This document shows, one piece after another, positions 18,266 through 28,383 of a DNA stretch of 61,938 nt. How positions within the stretch are numbered: the stretch's first letter is position 1; the number at the start of each line of letters is the position of its first letter. The notes below the pieces were generated by a model that saw nothing but the letters and a program-made list of their open reading frames with translations, had not been told where the DNA came from and searched no databases. The position numbers and the translations under genes are program-made. Source of the DNA: a bacterium (GTDB lineage Bacteria > Patescibacteriota > Minisyncoccia > Phycocordibacterales > Phycocordibacteraceae); assembly GCA_021802705.1 (NCBI GenBank), contig JAJZRL010000005.1, positions 1 through 61,938 of the forward strand, written 5' to 3'.

Positions 18266-20428
18266 CTACCGCCCTGAAATCTGCCGTATGAGTTGCTGCG
18301 CCTGCGCCGCAGCAGCAGGGTCGTTCCGCGCTATTTCTGATAGCGTCCGTACCGCGCCAGGTATGTCGCCGGTCGCGTTTTGCGACGCAGCGAGGGAAAA
18401 CCAACCTTGGATATCATCCGGATGGAGCACGACATAGCGCTGCCAGAGCGTTTCCACCGCATGGTAATCGCCTCGCGCGGCGTAGGCATTGATAATACCT
18501 GCGTCGGGTATATCGGATCTGCCGTACCGAGCCGTCAATACCTGCCGTGCAAGCGCGTCGTCGCCGGCATAAATGGCGGCACGCGCATAATATTTCACCG
18601 CGTCTTCGAATTCCGGTTCGATGAGATACGCGGTACGCGCATCGGCAAGTGCCGCCTGGTACTCGCCGAGCGCCAGCTCTTCATCCACGATGCCGAAATA
18701 AATGAACTGCTTTTGCGGCGCGAGTCTGCGACCCTGCTCATACGCTTCGAGCGCTGCGCGATGTTCTCCCTGGGCATCAAGAAGCTGTCCGAGGAGCACG
18801 TACTCCCGAACCCGCGAAGGATGTGCGGCGATGGTTGCGCGGAGCGCTCCGATAGCGCCTTTCATTATTTCGCGCTTTGCCGAATCCGGCAGGTCGGGCG
18901 TCGAAGTCGCCATGAGGGCAAATTTCGCAAACGCGTCGGGAATCTCTGAGGCATCCGGGCGAATACTGATCGCCTTTGCGAATACCGCGATCTGTGTGAC
19001 AGGATCGCCTCCTTCGTTTGAGGCGGCCTGGGCCGTTAAAAGAAGAGCCTCGCCGGTCGCAAACACAAGCGACACAAGCGCGGTTATCCCCACTACCGCC
19101 GTGCCAAGAAGGATCGCCCATCCCCATCCCGCTAGAGGCGCCGGCTGCATCGCCTCTTCGGAGAAACCGCGGCTCCGCCGTTCGAGATATGCGAAGAGCG
19201 TGACCAAGAGCAGCAGCCCGCCAAGCGTATCAAACGCCACAAGATCGGCGACGAAATATCCTACAAGCCCGGCGCTCAGCACGAGGCGTTCCGCCTGCGG
19301 CATCGCCTTCCCCCGCCATAAGGTCACCGATGCCGCGAAGTAGAGTCCGCAGTACGCGAGCAACCCGAGGATGCCGGCAGCCGTGAGCCATTCGAGGAGC
19401 ACGTTATGCGGCTTATCAAACCAGAGCTCGACCGTATGAAACTCCTCGGCGGCATACCGATCGAACACGAAATCGAAATTCGACTGGCCATAGCCGAAGA
19501 GCGGACGTGCCGCAAACCCGGCAAGCGCCGCGCGCCAAACAAAAATTCGCGCCGCAAACGACGAATAGTCTGAAAAAGAGAGATGATCATATCGCGACAA
19601 GATGGGATTGCGGGCGATTAACGAACTGCCGCTTAGAAGAAACGGGAGCGCCGCGCCGATGCAACAGAGAAGCGCAATAAGGAGCGCCGCCACGCGCACC
19701 CGCCGCCCGCGAATCAACGCATATCCGGCGATACCAACGAAGACTCCCGCGAGCAAACCGAGGAGCGCGCCCCGGGTGCCGGTCGCATAGAGGGCACCCG
19801 CTTCGAATAACCCGCTCGCAAGATACCAGAAACGCGCCCCTCGTTTCGTACCGCCGACATATAAGACGCCGGCAATCGTGATCGCGAGCAGCAAATAGCT
19901 CGCCAAAAATGTCGGGCTTCCGAGGAACGAACCGGGCCGCGTCGAATCGACGGTCATCGCGACGAGTCCTGCCGACTGTGCGAGTGCGCCGAGCGCTACT
20001 ACGACCGCTACGACGTTTGAAACCGTAAGGTAACGGCGCCAATCACTCGAGGTGCGCAGCAGCGACACGGCAATCACGAAGTACGCCGCGAGATGCAAGT
20101 AGAGCACGTATCCATCCATGCGCTCAAGCGAGCCGAAAATACTCCGGTACGGATCGACGCCGAACGCATCGGCAATCCCTACGACTACGAGGAAGGCGGC
20201 GAGAGCTCCCGAGAGAAGGCTCCAACGCGGGCGATAGGATGAGTCGATGAGCGCGAGCGCTACCCAGCCGACCTCAAGCACCTCGATTATCGCCTCGAAC
20301 CAGAGCGTCTTTTCGGTAATAAACGGGAAATAGAGCACGCCGACAAATACAACCGGCGAGAGCGCAACGGCATACAAGCCGATCCGAATCATTGCGACCA
20401 GCAGGTTTCGCGCGTCACGCGTACTCAT
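18266..20428 (-). CDS. Second O-antigen ligase/Wzy_C-TPR fusion (paralogue of 15068..17248)
   Basis: 720 aa with the same architecture and recognisably similar motifs (FPFITEK/FPFITGK, WFDKPHNVLLEWL/WFDRAHNAFIDWL). Confidence 0.75.
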   Translation of the reverse strand: MSTRDARNLLVAMIRIGLYAVALSPVVFVGVLYFPFITEKTLWFEAIIEVLEVGWVALALIDSSYRPRWSLLSGALAAFLVVVGIADAFGVDPYRSIFGSLERMDGYVLYLHLAAYFVIAVSLLRTSSDWRRYLTVSNVVAVVVALGALAQSAGLVAMTVDSTRPGSFLGSPTFLASYLLLAITIAGVLYVGGTKRGARFWYLASGLFEAGALYATGTRGALLGLLAGVFVGIAGYALIRGRRVRVAALLIALLCCIGAALPFLLSGSSLIARNPILSRYDHLSFSDYSSFAARIFVWRAALAGFAARPLFGYGQSNFDFVFDRYAAEEFHTVELWFDKPHNVLLEWLTAAGILGLLAYCGLYFAASVTLWRGKAMPQAERLVLSAGLVGYFVADLVAFDTLGGLLLLVTLFAYLERRSRGFSEEAMQPAPLAGWGWAILLGTAVVGITALVSLVFATGEALLLTAQAASNEGGDPVTQIAVFAKAISIRPDASEIPDAFAKFALMATSTPDLPDSAKREIMKGAIGALRATIAAHPSRVREYVLLGQLLDAQGEHRAALEAYEQGRRLAPQKQFIYFGIVDEELALGEYQAALADARTAYLIEPEFEDAVKYYARAAIYAGDDALARQVLTARYGRSDIPDAGIINAYAARGDYHAVETLWQRYVVLHPDDIQGWFSLAASQNATGDIPGAVRTLSEIARNDPAAAAQAQQLIRQISGR

Positions 20429-21629
20429 GGCGAATCACGTGCCACACACGAATCGCGACGGGGGCGGCGCAAATGAAGGCGAGCGGCATGAGCGGAAACA
20501 GGAAGCTGTTGAGAGGGCTGATGCCGGCGAAGTCGGGAGTAAGCACTCCCACGGCTACCGCAGCCACGAACACATACCCCACTGCTAAAAGCCAGAGGAG
20601 CGCAATCCGGCGCGTAGGCCGCATGAACAAGGCCGCAAACGCGCAGCCGATTACCAGCAGATGCAAAAGCGTGAACAGGAGCTTGGCCGAGAAAATGAAT
20701 ACTTGCTGGATCGATAACTCGGGATACCGCTCTTGACCGGAGGTAATAGACAGCGCTATGTCCGCATAACGCACATGCGTGTACTGATCGAGAAGCGAAA
20801 TGTTGAAGGGCACGACAAAAAATTGACGCAGCGCAAGCGTCACATACTCGGGATGATGTGCGAGCGCACCGTGCACCTCCGCCCACAAATTCCTGCTCAT
20901 AACATCTTTCTCCACGCGCTTCTCGACAAAAGGAGACGAGAGCGTGCGCGGCGCGGGATTTTCTAGATAATTGCGATACGCCCAGGGCGCAAGAAGCGCC
21001 GCAAAACAGCCCACGAGGAGGGCGGCCTTTGCCAGCGCACGGGGAACATTACGCGATCTCACCCCTAAAAGGAAGATCCAGCCTGCCGCAATAAGCGGCA
21101 TATAAAGTCCACTCGCGTCCGTAAGCGCGGCGGCGGCGAAAGCCGCGGCAGCACACATCGGTACGTACCACGAACTGTCGTTTACGCTTTTCACGGTGAA
21201 ATAAAAGCCGAAGAGGAGCAGGAGCGTATAGAGCAGCATGCCGTCGCCGATTGCAAACTGTTGAATCAATAGAGGCGGCCAGACCGCAGCGAGTATTGCC
21301 GCACCGATCCCTACACGCTCGCCAAAAGCCATGTTTCCAAGCATATATACCCCCGCCACAATGGCCGTGCCCAGGAGCGCCTGGAGTAACACAAGCGATA
21401 GCGGCGAGAGTCCGGACACGAGCCGCCAAAACGCGAGCACGACTGACCAACCAGGAGCCAAGTACAAAACCGAATCGAAATTTCCGTGCTTCAAAAACGA
21501 AGTCGCTGCAGATGCATAAAAGCGGAAGTCGTCGCTTGATGCCATCGTGGTTGGCCAAATGACCGATATGAGCGTGAGGCGCAGAGCGAGCGCTCCGAAT
21601 ATAACAAGTGTCGCGGGCTGACGATGCAT
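20415..21629 (-). CDS. Polytopic membrane protein, GT-C/ArnT-PMT-like glycosyltransferase (tentative)
   Basis: About 400 aa with many TM helices. The layout resembles GT39/GT83 enzymes. First ATG taken at 21629 (MHRQPATL). The call is weak. Confidence 0.5.
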   Translation of the reverse strand: MHRQPATLVIFGALALRLTLISVIWPTTMASSDDFRFYASAATSFLKHGNFDSVLYLAPGWSVVLAFWRLVSGLSPLSLVLLQALLGTAIVAGVYMLGNMAFGERVGIGAAILAAVWPPLLIQQFAIGDGMLLYTLLLLFGFYFTVKSVNDSSWYVPMCAAAAFAAAALTDASGLYMPLIAAGWIFLLGVRSRNVPRALAKAALLVGCFAALLAPWAYRNYLENPAPRTLSSPFVEKRVEKDVMSRNLWAEVHGALAHHPEYVTLALRQFFVVPFNISLLDQYTHVRYADIALSITSGQERYPELSIQQVFIFSAKLLFTLLHLLVIGCAFAALFMRPTRRIALLWLLAVGYVFVAAVAVGVLTPDFAGISPLNSFLFPLMPLAFICAAPVAIRVWHVIRHEYA

Positions 21630-21711
21630 GATTGAACGTACAGTATCATGAAACTTTTCGCGCTTGCCGCTCAAATGGTACGATGAGCAGAACGCCACAT
21701 CTTATACGCGT

Positions 21712-22998
21712 ATGATTTCCGGCATCAAATCCCAACTCACCAGCCTCCTCCGCTGGAGCGAGAAGTACACCAAAATGGACATGGTGTATCTGGCGCGCGG
21801 GAGCTTCTGGTCCATTGCCGGACAAGTGTCTGCTTCACTCATTGCGCTCACCCTCTCAGTCGCGATGGCGCGCTACGTGCCGAAGGATGTCTACGGCCAG
21901 TACAAATACGTGCTCGCGATTATTTCCGTGCTGAGCGCTTTTTCTCTGAGCGGCATCGGCACCGCCGTGCTCCAGTCTGTCGCACGCGGATTCGACGGGG
22001 CGCTCGCTGACAGCTTCAAGGCGAATCTTCGCTGGAGCTTCGTCATCTTCATCGGCACATTCGCACTTGGCGGGTACTATCTCATTGCCGGGAACTTCGT
22101 CCTCGGGCTCGGTATCCTGATCGGCGGCACCATGACCCCGTTCCTCGGCAGCTTCAACCTCTATTCGCCGTTCCTCTCCGGGAAGAAAGAGTTCGCCCGT
22201 CAAACGTGGTATGCCGACTTCGTCACGAACATCATCCCCGCCGTGGCGCTTATCATTACCGCCTATGTCGCACCGCGGCCGCTCCCGCTCATCGCAGTGT
22301 ACTTCAGCGCCAATCTCGCCGCGACCGCTTTTGCGTACTGGCGGACCGCCAGCAGACTGCACCGCGCCGCAGAGCACGACCCGCACATGCTCTCCTACGG
22401 CAAACATCTGAGCCTCATCGGCATTCTCGGCGGTATCGCCGGTAATATCGACCAGCTTCTCCTCTTTCATTTCGCCGGCGCCACTGACCTCGCCATCTAC
22501 AACTTCGCCACAGGCATACCCGACCAGATGAAAGGCCCCCTGAAATCGCTCGATGCCATGACCCAAGCCCGCTTCGCGAATCGCAACGATGCCGATATTC
22601 ATTCGAGCATACGCAATAAGATGTTCTGGCTCTTCATCACGAGCATCATCGTCGTCGCGAGCTACATCCTACTCGCTCCCTATCTCTACACCTTCCTCTT
22701 CCCAGCCTACGCCGTCGCCATTCCCTATTCGCAGATATACGCAGTATCGCTCTTCGCGATGATTGCAAGCCCCGCTGTTTCCTATCTCTCCGCGAAGAAG
22801 AAAGTACGTGAACAGTACATCGGCAGTATCTCCATTTCTATCTTCCAGGTGATTGTCATGTCGCTCGGGGTGATATATTGGGGTCTTTTGGGACTCATCA
22901 TTGCCCGAATCATCATACGTTTTTCCAGGAGCTACCTTAGCTACACCCTCTACAGAATGTCTGCGCAGGCAGAATCCTTATCAGGAAGTAAAAACTAA
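21712..22998 (+). CDS. wzx: Oligosaccharide flippase (Wzx/MOP superfamily)
   Basis: About 12 TM helices, with a typical polysaccharide-biosynthesis-protein N-terminus (LARGSFWSIAGQVSASLIALTLSVAMARYV). First plausible ATG is at 21712. Confidence 0.7.
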   Translation: MISGIKSQLTSLLRWSEKYTKMDMVYLARGSFWSIAGQVSASLIALTLSVAMARYVPKDVYGQYKYVLAIISVLSAFSLSGIGTAVLQSVARGFDGALADSFKANLRWSFVIFIGTFALGGYYLIAGNFVLGLGILIGGTMTPFLGSFNLYSPFLSGKKEFARQTWYADFVTNIIPAVALIITAYVAPRPLPLIAVYFSANLAATAFAYWRTASRLHRAAEHDPHMLSYGKHLSLIGILGGIAGNIDQLLLFHFAGATDLAIYNFATGIPDQMKGPLKSLDAMTQARFANRNDADIHSSIRNKMFWLFITSIIVVASYILLAPYLYTFLFPAYAVAIPYSQIYAVSLFAMIASPAVSYLSAKKKVREQYIGSISISIFQVIVMSLGVIYWGLLGLIIARIIIRFSRSYLSYTLYRMSAQAESLSGSKN

Positions 22999-23134
22999 AA
23001 TCTCTATTTTGTTAACCTCACGAAAATCTTATTTTTCGGCGCATAAAAATGTAGGGAATAAATCTTGTTCTTGACCTCCTTCTCACTGAATTTAGTGACC
23101 AGACCTTTGATTGATGATGTTTGATTTCACAACA

Positions 23135-23662
23135 CTATTTCACTACAACCAATTCAAAATAGATGCTTCTGGCGATATTCCAAAAATATTTCATAAAGAA
23201 ATTCTTTTTGAACGGTAGGAATCGCAACCATTGCGCGGACCAAAGATATGAGATCTTTATTGTCTTGAAATTTGCAATAATGCCATATTCAACAAAACCA
23301 CGCTTCTTTTGTTCATCTTTATCAAAATATGTGAAAGTCTCTTCCGTAAAAAATCTCTTATGCGTAGGGTCCTTGAACGCGCCTATCGACTTAAAATACG
23401 GCACCTTTATCCGCACTATTGCTCCATTCTTACAGACGCGAAAAATTTCCTCCATGATATACACCGTATCATCCAGATGTTCCAACGTGTGAGCCGTATA
23501 AATCTCCGTAACCGTATTATCGTTCAGTGGTATACCCTCATTTAAATCACAGACTATATCAACGCCTGCAACTGGTTGAATGTCCAAATTGAGAAAGCCT
23601 GGGGAAACCCGGTTACTACTCCCTAGATTCAATTTCACATTATCATAGTCGTACTTCTTCAT
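23135..23662 (-). CDS. Class I SAM-dependent methyltransferase (Methyltransf_11-like), low-GC gene
   Basis: LNLGSSNRVSPGFLNLDI...IYTAHTLEHLDD. ATG 23662 overlaps the upstream stop (ATGA). The composition is AT-rich. Confidence 0.65.
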   Translation of the reverse strand: MKKYDYDNVKLNLGSSNRVSPGFLNLDIQPVAGVDIVCDLNEGIPLNDNTVTEIYTAHTLEHLDDTVYIMEEIFRVCKNGAIVRIKVPYFKSIGAFKDPTHKRFFTEETFTYFDKDEQKKRGFVEYGIIANFKTIKISYLWSAQWLRFLPFKKNFFMKYFWNIARSIYFELVVVK

Positions 23663-24708
23663 AGTTGAGCAAGTATTCTTTGCAATAAAGATACATTTTC
23701 TTCTAGAGAATACCATTTGCATATGGTCGCATGGGCGGCATTACCCATATCGGTTCGCAATTTTTCATCCGCACATAACTTAATGATGTCATTTGACCAT
23801 TCCTGCGGCGAATTTGGTAGAAATCCATTTATAGAATCTTTTACTAGATGCTTATTCTCACCGACTGAAGAGAGGATGGGGGGGACAGAACATGCCATAT
23901 ATTCAATAGCCTTAAACGCGCACTTTCCTTCGTTCCATTCAGAATCGACAAGGGGCATGAGACCAACATCAAAACCCTGGATGGCACGAGGTACCGCCTC
24001 TGGATCGCTCCAATCAAGAGAATCAATAATCTCAATCTGCATACCGGCTATATCCTTAAAAAGATCATAAATCTTACGGTCACCGAGAGCGCCTATCAAT
24101 CGGAATAAAAAATTATGACTTTCCGTAACAATTTCAGTGAAAATAGGGGTGAGCAACTGCAGATTTTCGTAGTGGGCCGGGCCATCTCCTATCCAACCTA
24201 GAGTAAATTTTTTATTTGATTCGCGACGCGTACTACTGAATTTCTCGTAGTCAGACACACGGACTCCTGTGGGAATAAGATGCACATTTTTATTGTATTT
24301 CTTTGCCCAATCCGCGAGAGAGTAGCTGCCGACAATCACCGCGTCTGCGATACGGGCAATTATTTTTGTCTTATACGGGGAATGCAAATAAATAGCATCA
24401 TCAAGATCGAGAATCATTTTCCGTCGGAAAAATAATTTCTGGAAAATGAGCGCTGCGAAAAAGTATTTATTTTGAATCGCGCGTTGTAAGAAAATTATAT
24501 CTCCATGCTCTACTTTCCACAGATTTTTACATGCCGCAAAAATAAGTATGCCTTTCTTTGGCCACGGAGTTTCTGAGATTGTGTTGATTGCAGGAATACA
24601 TACAGTTGTTTTTGTGCCCTTCTTGGCAAGCTCTTCGGCTACCAGGAAAGCTCGCTGCCGCGAACTTGCGGTGTTCCTATCTCCTTTAGTAAAAAAGAAT
24701 ATTGTCAT
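23659..24708 (-). CDS. GT-B glycosyltransferase (GT1/GT4-like), low-GC gene
   Basis: 349 aa. C-terminal GKCAFKAIEYMACSVPPILSSVGENKHLV nucleotide-sugar pocket motif. The composition is AT-rich. Confidence 0.7.
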   Translation of the reverse strand: MTIFFFTKGDRNTASSRQRAFLVAEELAKKGTKTTVCIPAINTISETPWPKKGILIFAACKNLWKVEHGDIIFLQRAIQNKYFFAALIFQKLFFRRKMILDLDDAIYLHSPYKTKIIARIADAVIVGSYSLADWAKKYNKNVHLIPTGVRVSDYEKFSSTRRESNKKFTLGWIGDGPAHYENLQLLTPIFTEIVTESHNFLFRLIGALGDRKIYDLFKDIAGMQIEIIDSLDWSDPEAVPRAIQGFDVGLMPLVDSEWNEGKCAFKAIEYMACSVPPILSSVGENKHLVKDSINGFLPNSPQEWSNDIIKLCADEKLRTDMGNAAHATICKWYSLEENVSLLQRILAQL

Positions 24709-25841
24709 GCGAGAGATTTCAGAATTGTCTCTGCTCGTTTTTGCCAGGTAAGCTCCTTCACTTTCTCGAGAGCGGCGCGAGCTCTCTCGGATGCGACCGC
24801 CGGATCAGCAAGCGCTCTCTCAAGCACTCGACGAAAGTCGGCAGCGTCACCCGCCTTGAAGAAATAAGCAGTAGTGTCGTCGAGCACTTCGCGAATGCTT
24901 GGCAAATCAGAGGTGACAATCGGTGTACCGCTCGCCATATACTCAAAGAGCTTCAAGGGCGACATGAAGCGGGCGTAGTGCTCGGTGTCCGGATAATTCA
25001 TCACGAGCACGTCGGCGGCGCGCATGTAGCGGGCAACGTGCCTATGCTCTACATGCCCGACGAGGTGCGCCGCTCCATCGAGCCCGACAGCCTTCGTGAG
25101 CTTCTCGACCTCGAAGAATTCGTCCTGATTGAGCCCTACGAGTAGGAGCTCCGTATCGGTATGACGGGCATGTACGGCACCAACAGCCGAGATGATTTCC
25201 TCGACCCCTTTCGACTCCCCCATTGTCTTGTACTTGCCGATATACGCAACTAGCTTCTTATCTTCCGGTAGAGACAGCTCTCGCCGGACTGTCTGTTTGT
25301 CAGGTACGTGAGCGAACAGATCGGCATCGACCGCATCGTGCGCGACCGTGATTCTCTCGCCCGGTATGCCCGCTTTTCTGAGCACGGCGCGCAGCCCACC
25401 CGATATGGTCACGATACGCACACGCGATTTGCGAATCTTTTCCGCTACGTGCGGGGTCGGCTTGGTGTGTATCTCCCATACCAGCGTCTTGTCGAACGGC
25501 ATACGGCCGAAGAAGAAAAGCGCCGGATCGCGGGAATAGACCACCTCCGCGGATGAGCGGCGCGCTACGTGCGCCGCATGGATGATGAATGAGAGTGTTT
25601 GTAGCCAGAACCCCGCCCTCCCCCACGAGACCGTGTCGAACGTCGGCAGCCGCGTGATGACGAACGTACGTTCGACGCCATAATATGAAAAAGGGTCTTC
25701 GGTAATCGGAGTGCGCCGATTGGGCACGACGAGCTCAATTTCGACACCTGCTTTTACAAACGCTTCGCACATTTTCATTATCTGTATGCCATGCGCCTTC
25801 TCGGTCGGCAGACGGATGTTGGCAACGTAGAGGATTTTCAT
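24705..25841 (-). CDS. Glycosyltransferase family 4
   Basis: MKILYVANIRLPTEKAHGIQ N-terminus and C-terminal SPLKLFEYMASGTPIVTSD motif. Confidence 0.8.
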   Translation of the reverse strand: MKILYVANIRLPTEKAHGIQIMKMCEAFVKAGVEIELVVPNRRTPITEDPFSYYGVERTFVITRLPTFDTVSWGRAGFWLQTLSFIIHAAHVARRSSAEVVYSRDPALFFFGRMPFDKTLVWEIHTKPTPHVAEKIRKSRVRIVTISGGLRAVLRKAGIPGERITVAHDAVDADLFAHVPDKQTVRRELSLPEDKKLVAYIGKYKTMGESKGVEEIISAVGAVHARHTDTELLLVGLNQDEFFEVEKLTKAVGLDGAAHLVGHVEHRHVARYMRAADVLVMNYPDTEHYARFMSPLKLFEYMASGTPIVTSDLPSIREVLDDTTAYFFKAGDAADFRRVLERALADPAVASERARAALEKVKELTWQKRAETILKSLA

Positions 25842-26596
25842 ATACGAATGAAGCGCTTGCACGCGACGTACCAGTCGATCGCTCGGGAGACTTTCCCACG
25901 AAATTGCGAGAAGACCGTTGAGCTATCGACCGAGTTGCGGGGGAGGCGAAACACGTCTGTGTCGGGACCGACTGTCCCCTCTTTGACCGTTACGGCACCC
26001 ATAAAGCCTGTCTCGCACACCAGCTCAACCGTCTCTTCTGAAAAAGAACCGTAGGGGTAGGCAAAAAGTGTCGGGAGCGTGCCGAGCATGTCTTGCAGCA
26101 CGCGGCGAGATTTGCGCACTTCGTGTGCTGCCTCGATGCGCGAAAGTCTCGCAAGCTTCGGGTGAGAGAGCGTGTGCGGCTCGATGCTGATGAGGCCCGA
26201 GTCATGCATCTCACGCAACTCCTCAGCGGTACAATACCCGCCGTCCTTGCCGATGAGGTCGGTGGTGACAAAGATAGTTGCCGGGAAATCATACTGCTTC
26301 AACAATGGGAAGACGGTCGTGTAATTATCGCGATACCCGTCATCGAACGTGAGCGCGACCGATCCGCCGAGCGGCTCATGCGCGCGCAGGCGACGGACGA
26401 GTTCGGCGAGAGGTATCACCGGACACTTCTTCCCTGCGAGATACGCCATCTGCTTCCGGAATGCTTCCGGGGATACGGCAGAAAAGAGATCCTGTCGGTC
26501 GCTTATGGAATGGTACATAAGAATGCTCGCTCGGTCCTTTGGAAGCGGAAATTTCGGCAGTGACCGAAAGAAAATCTCCTTCAAGAGGTTTTTCAT
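25838..26596 (-). CDS. Polysaccharide deacetylase (NodB homology domain)
   Basis: LTFDDGYRDNYTTVFPLLKQYDFPATIFV and IEPHTLSHP metal/catalytic motifs. Confidence 0.85.
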   Translation of the reverse strand: MKNLLKEIFFRSLPKFPLPKDRASILMYHSISDRQDLFSAVSPEAFRKQMAYLAGKKCPVIPLAELVRRLRAHEPLGGSVALTFDDGYRDNYTTVFPLLKQYDFPATIFVTTDLIGKDGGYCTAEELREMHDSGLISIEPHTLSHPKLARLSRIEAAHEVRKSRRVLQDMLGTLPTLFAYPYGSFSEETVELVCETGFMGAVTVKEGTVGPDTDVFRLPRNSVDSSTVFSQFRGKVSRAIDWYVACKRFIRI

Positions 26597-27270
26597 TTTT
26601 TCGGTTGTCGGACTGAGCACACATATACAATCTGATGAGCCAGGAGGTTCGGCCACACATCTTTCAAGAAAGGCAGGAGACCTTTGAAAGAGAATCCGTT
26701 CGAAGCTTTCACATACTCCACTGCGAATCCGAGTGCGGCGAGCCAGCTCAGGAAGTCCTCATGCGTCCAGAACCGCAAATGTTCTGACGGGTGGTACACC
26801 CACTGCTTCAGAAAATGGCCGCCGAAAAAAAGTTGAAAACGGAAGCGGTAGAAGCCGGAATTCGGGATCGTAAGAACGAATCGTTTGGTGTGCGGCGTAA
26901 GCGCTTTCAGTATCTCCTCCGGATTGCGCGTATGCTCCAACACTTCGCTCAGGATGACGTAGTCATACGAGCCGACATCGGGTGCGTTACGGACGCTGTC
27001 AAGATCGATCGTAAAACCGGGAATCCCTTCCTGCTTGAAGGCGTCAAGAACAATCGGTGAGACATCGGCCACGGCTACCGTGCAACCTTTTTTCTTCAGT
27101 TCGACCGGAAGACGGGAGTTCCCGCACCCTACGTCAAGCACGCGCGAACCGGCCGGAATATACGCGAGCATGAGGGTCTCCCGTTCGAGGAGTTTGCTAT
27201 GGAGCGCGAATCCTCTGGAACGCCAGTAGTCGCTATAATCGAGCCTTCCGATATTGGGGAAAATTGTCAT
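26593..27270 (-). CDS. Class I SAM-dependent methyltransferase
   Basis: VLDVGCGNSRL motif I and DYVILSEVLEHT. Confidence 0.8.
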   Translation of the reverse strand: MTIFPNIGRLDYSDYWRSRGFALHSKLLERETLMLAYIPAGSRVLDVGCGNSRLPVELKKKGCTVAVADVSPIVLDAFKQEGIPGFTIDLDSVRNAPDVGSYDYVILSEVLEHTRNPEEILKALTPHTKRFVLTIPNSGFYRFRFQLFFGGHFLKQWVYHPSEHLRFWTHEDFLSWLAALGFAVEYVKASNGFSFKGLLPFLKDVWPNLLAHQIVYVCSVRQPKK

Positions 27271-27303
27271 GGCAACAAGATTAAACCAGTATAGCGAACA
27301 GTC

Positions 27304-28383
27304 CTAACTACATACAACATTGTCCGGCAGATGCGCGAGAAGGTCGGCCACGATTCTTACCGGAGTGAAATGCGCCTCATAAAAAGCATGCGCGGCAACA
27401 CCCAAAGAGCGCCGCTGTTCAGGTTCGTCTCGAAGTTTACGGATTGCCTGTGCGAGCGCGGCGGCATCAGCAGGAGGAACAAGCACCATGGGCAGTTCGC
27501 CGTATATCGAGAGACCGCGTATGGCTGGCGTATCGGCAGTGATGATCGCTTCCCCCATCGCCAAGTATTCATAGACCTTATTCGGAATGACGCGCGTTGT
27601 CTTGTCGGTATCGCCGAAGATGCCGAGACAGGCGCTCGCAGATGCGATGAATTCGGGTAGCCGCTCGTACGGGACGGCATCAATCAAGGACACGTTCGTG
27701 AGTCTATGCTTCCGAATCTCATCACGTATCTTTTCATATTCCTGCCCCTTACCCACTAACCGGAATTCGATCGGTTCATTACGGAGGATGTGTGCTGCCT
27801 CGATGATGTAGCGAATACCATGCAGCGGAATGAAGCGACCGTGAAAATGCGCGACAAAAGAGCTTTTGACCGCCGGGCGCGGATAAAAAACAGCATCGTC
27901 GGTGCCAACCCATACACGGACAATCTTCTCGCGTGACACGCTATAGGTACGCACGAAATAATCGATATGCTGCTCCGTATCAAGAAGAACCGTCTGCGCT
28001 AGCGATACGCTCGACCAATCCCAGAACCGATCGAGGAGCGCTGCGACACTCTTGGGAGAATGCGTCTTACGATCGCAGACGTTGGAGTCATAAAGGGAAA
28101 CAAACGCGTCGAAGATGATGCGTCGACCGAAGAGGAGACGAGCGAACCAAACGACAGTATGTCCTGGAAAAGCGACGAGAATGAGGTTAAATGGTAAATG
28201 ACGCACTTCGCGATATCTTTGGAAGAGGTATACGTATTTCATGACTCCACGGACTTGATGCGGATCGACCCTGCACTCGACAATGTCATAGCCGTTCTCG
28301 CGGAATCCACGCATGAGCACGCGGTTGCGCGCATATGCCGGATCATAGATGCCGAAGAAACAGATACTCCTCTGGCGAGTCAT
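27304..28383 (-). CDS. GT-B glycosyltransferase
   Basis: 359 aa. IPNKVYEYLAMGEAIITAD motif. Confidence 0.7.
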   Translation of the reverse strand: MTRQRSICFFGIYDPAYARNRVLMRGFRENGYDIVECRVDPHQVRGVMKYVYLFQRYREVRHLPFNLILVAFPGHTVVWFARLLFGRRIIFDAFVSLYDSNVCDRKTHSPKSVAALLDRFWDWSSVSLAQTVLLDTEQHIDYFVRTYSVSREKIVRVWVGTDDAVFYPRPAVKSSFVAHFHGRFIPLHGIRYIIEAAHILRNEPIEFRLVGKGQEYEKIRDEIRKHRLTNVSLIDAVPYERLPEFIASASACLGIFGDTDKTTRVIPNKVYEYLAMGEAIITADTPAIRGLSIYGELPMVLVPPADAAALAQAIRKLRDEPEQRRSLGVAAHAFYEAHFTPVRIVADLLAHLPDNVVCS

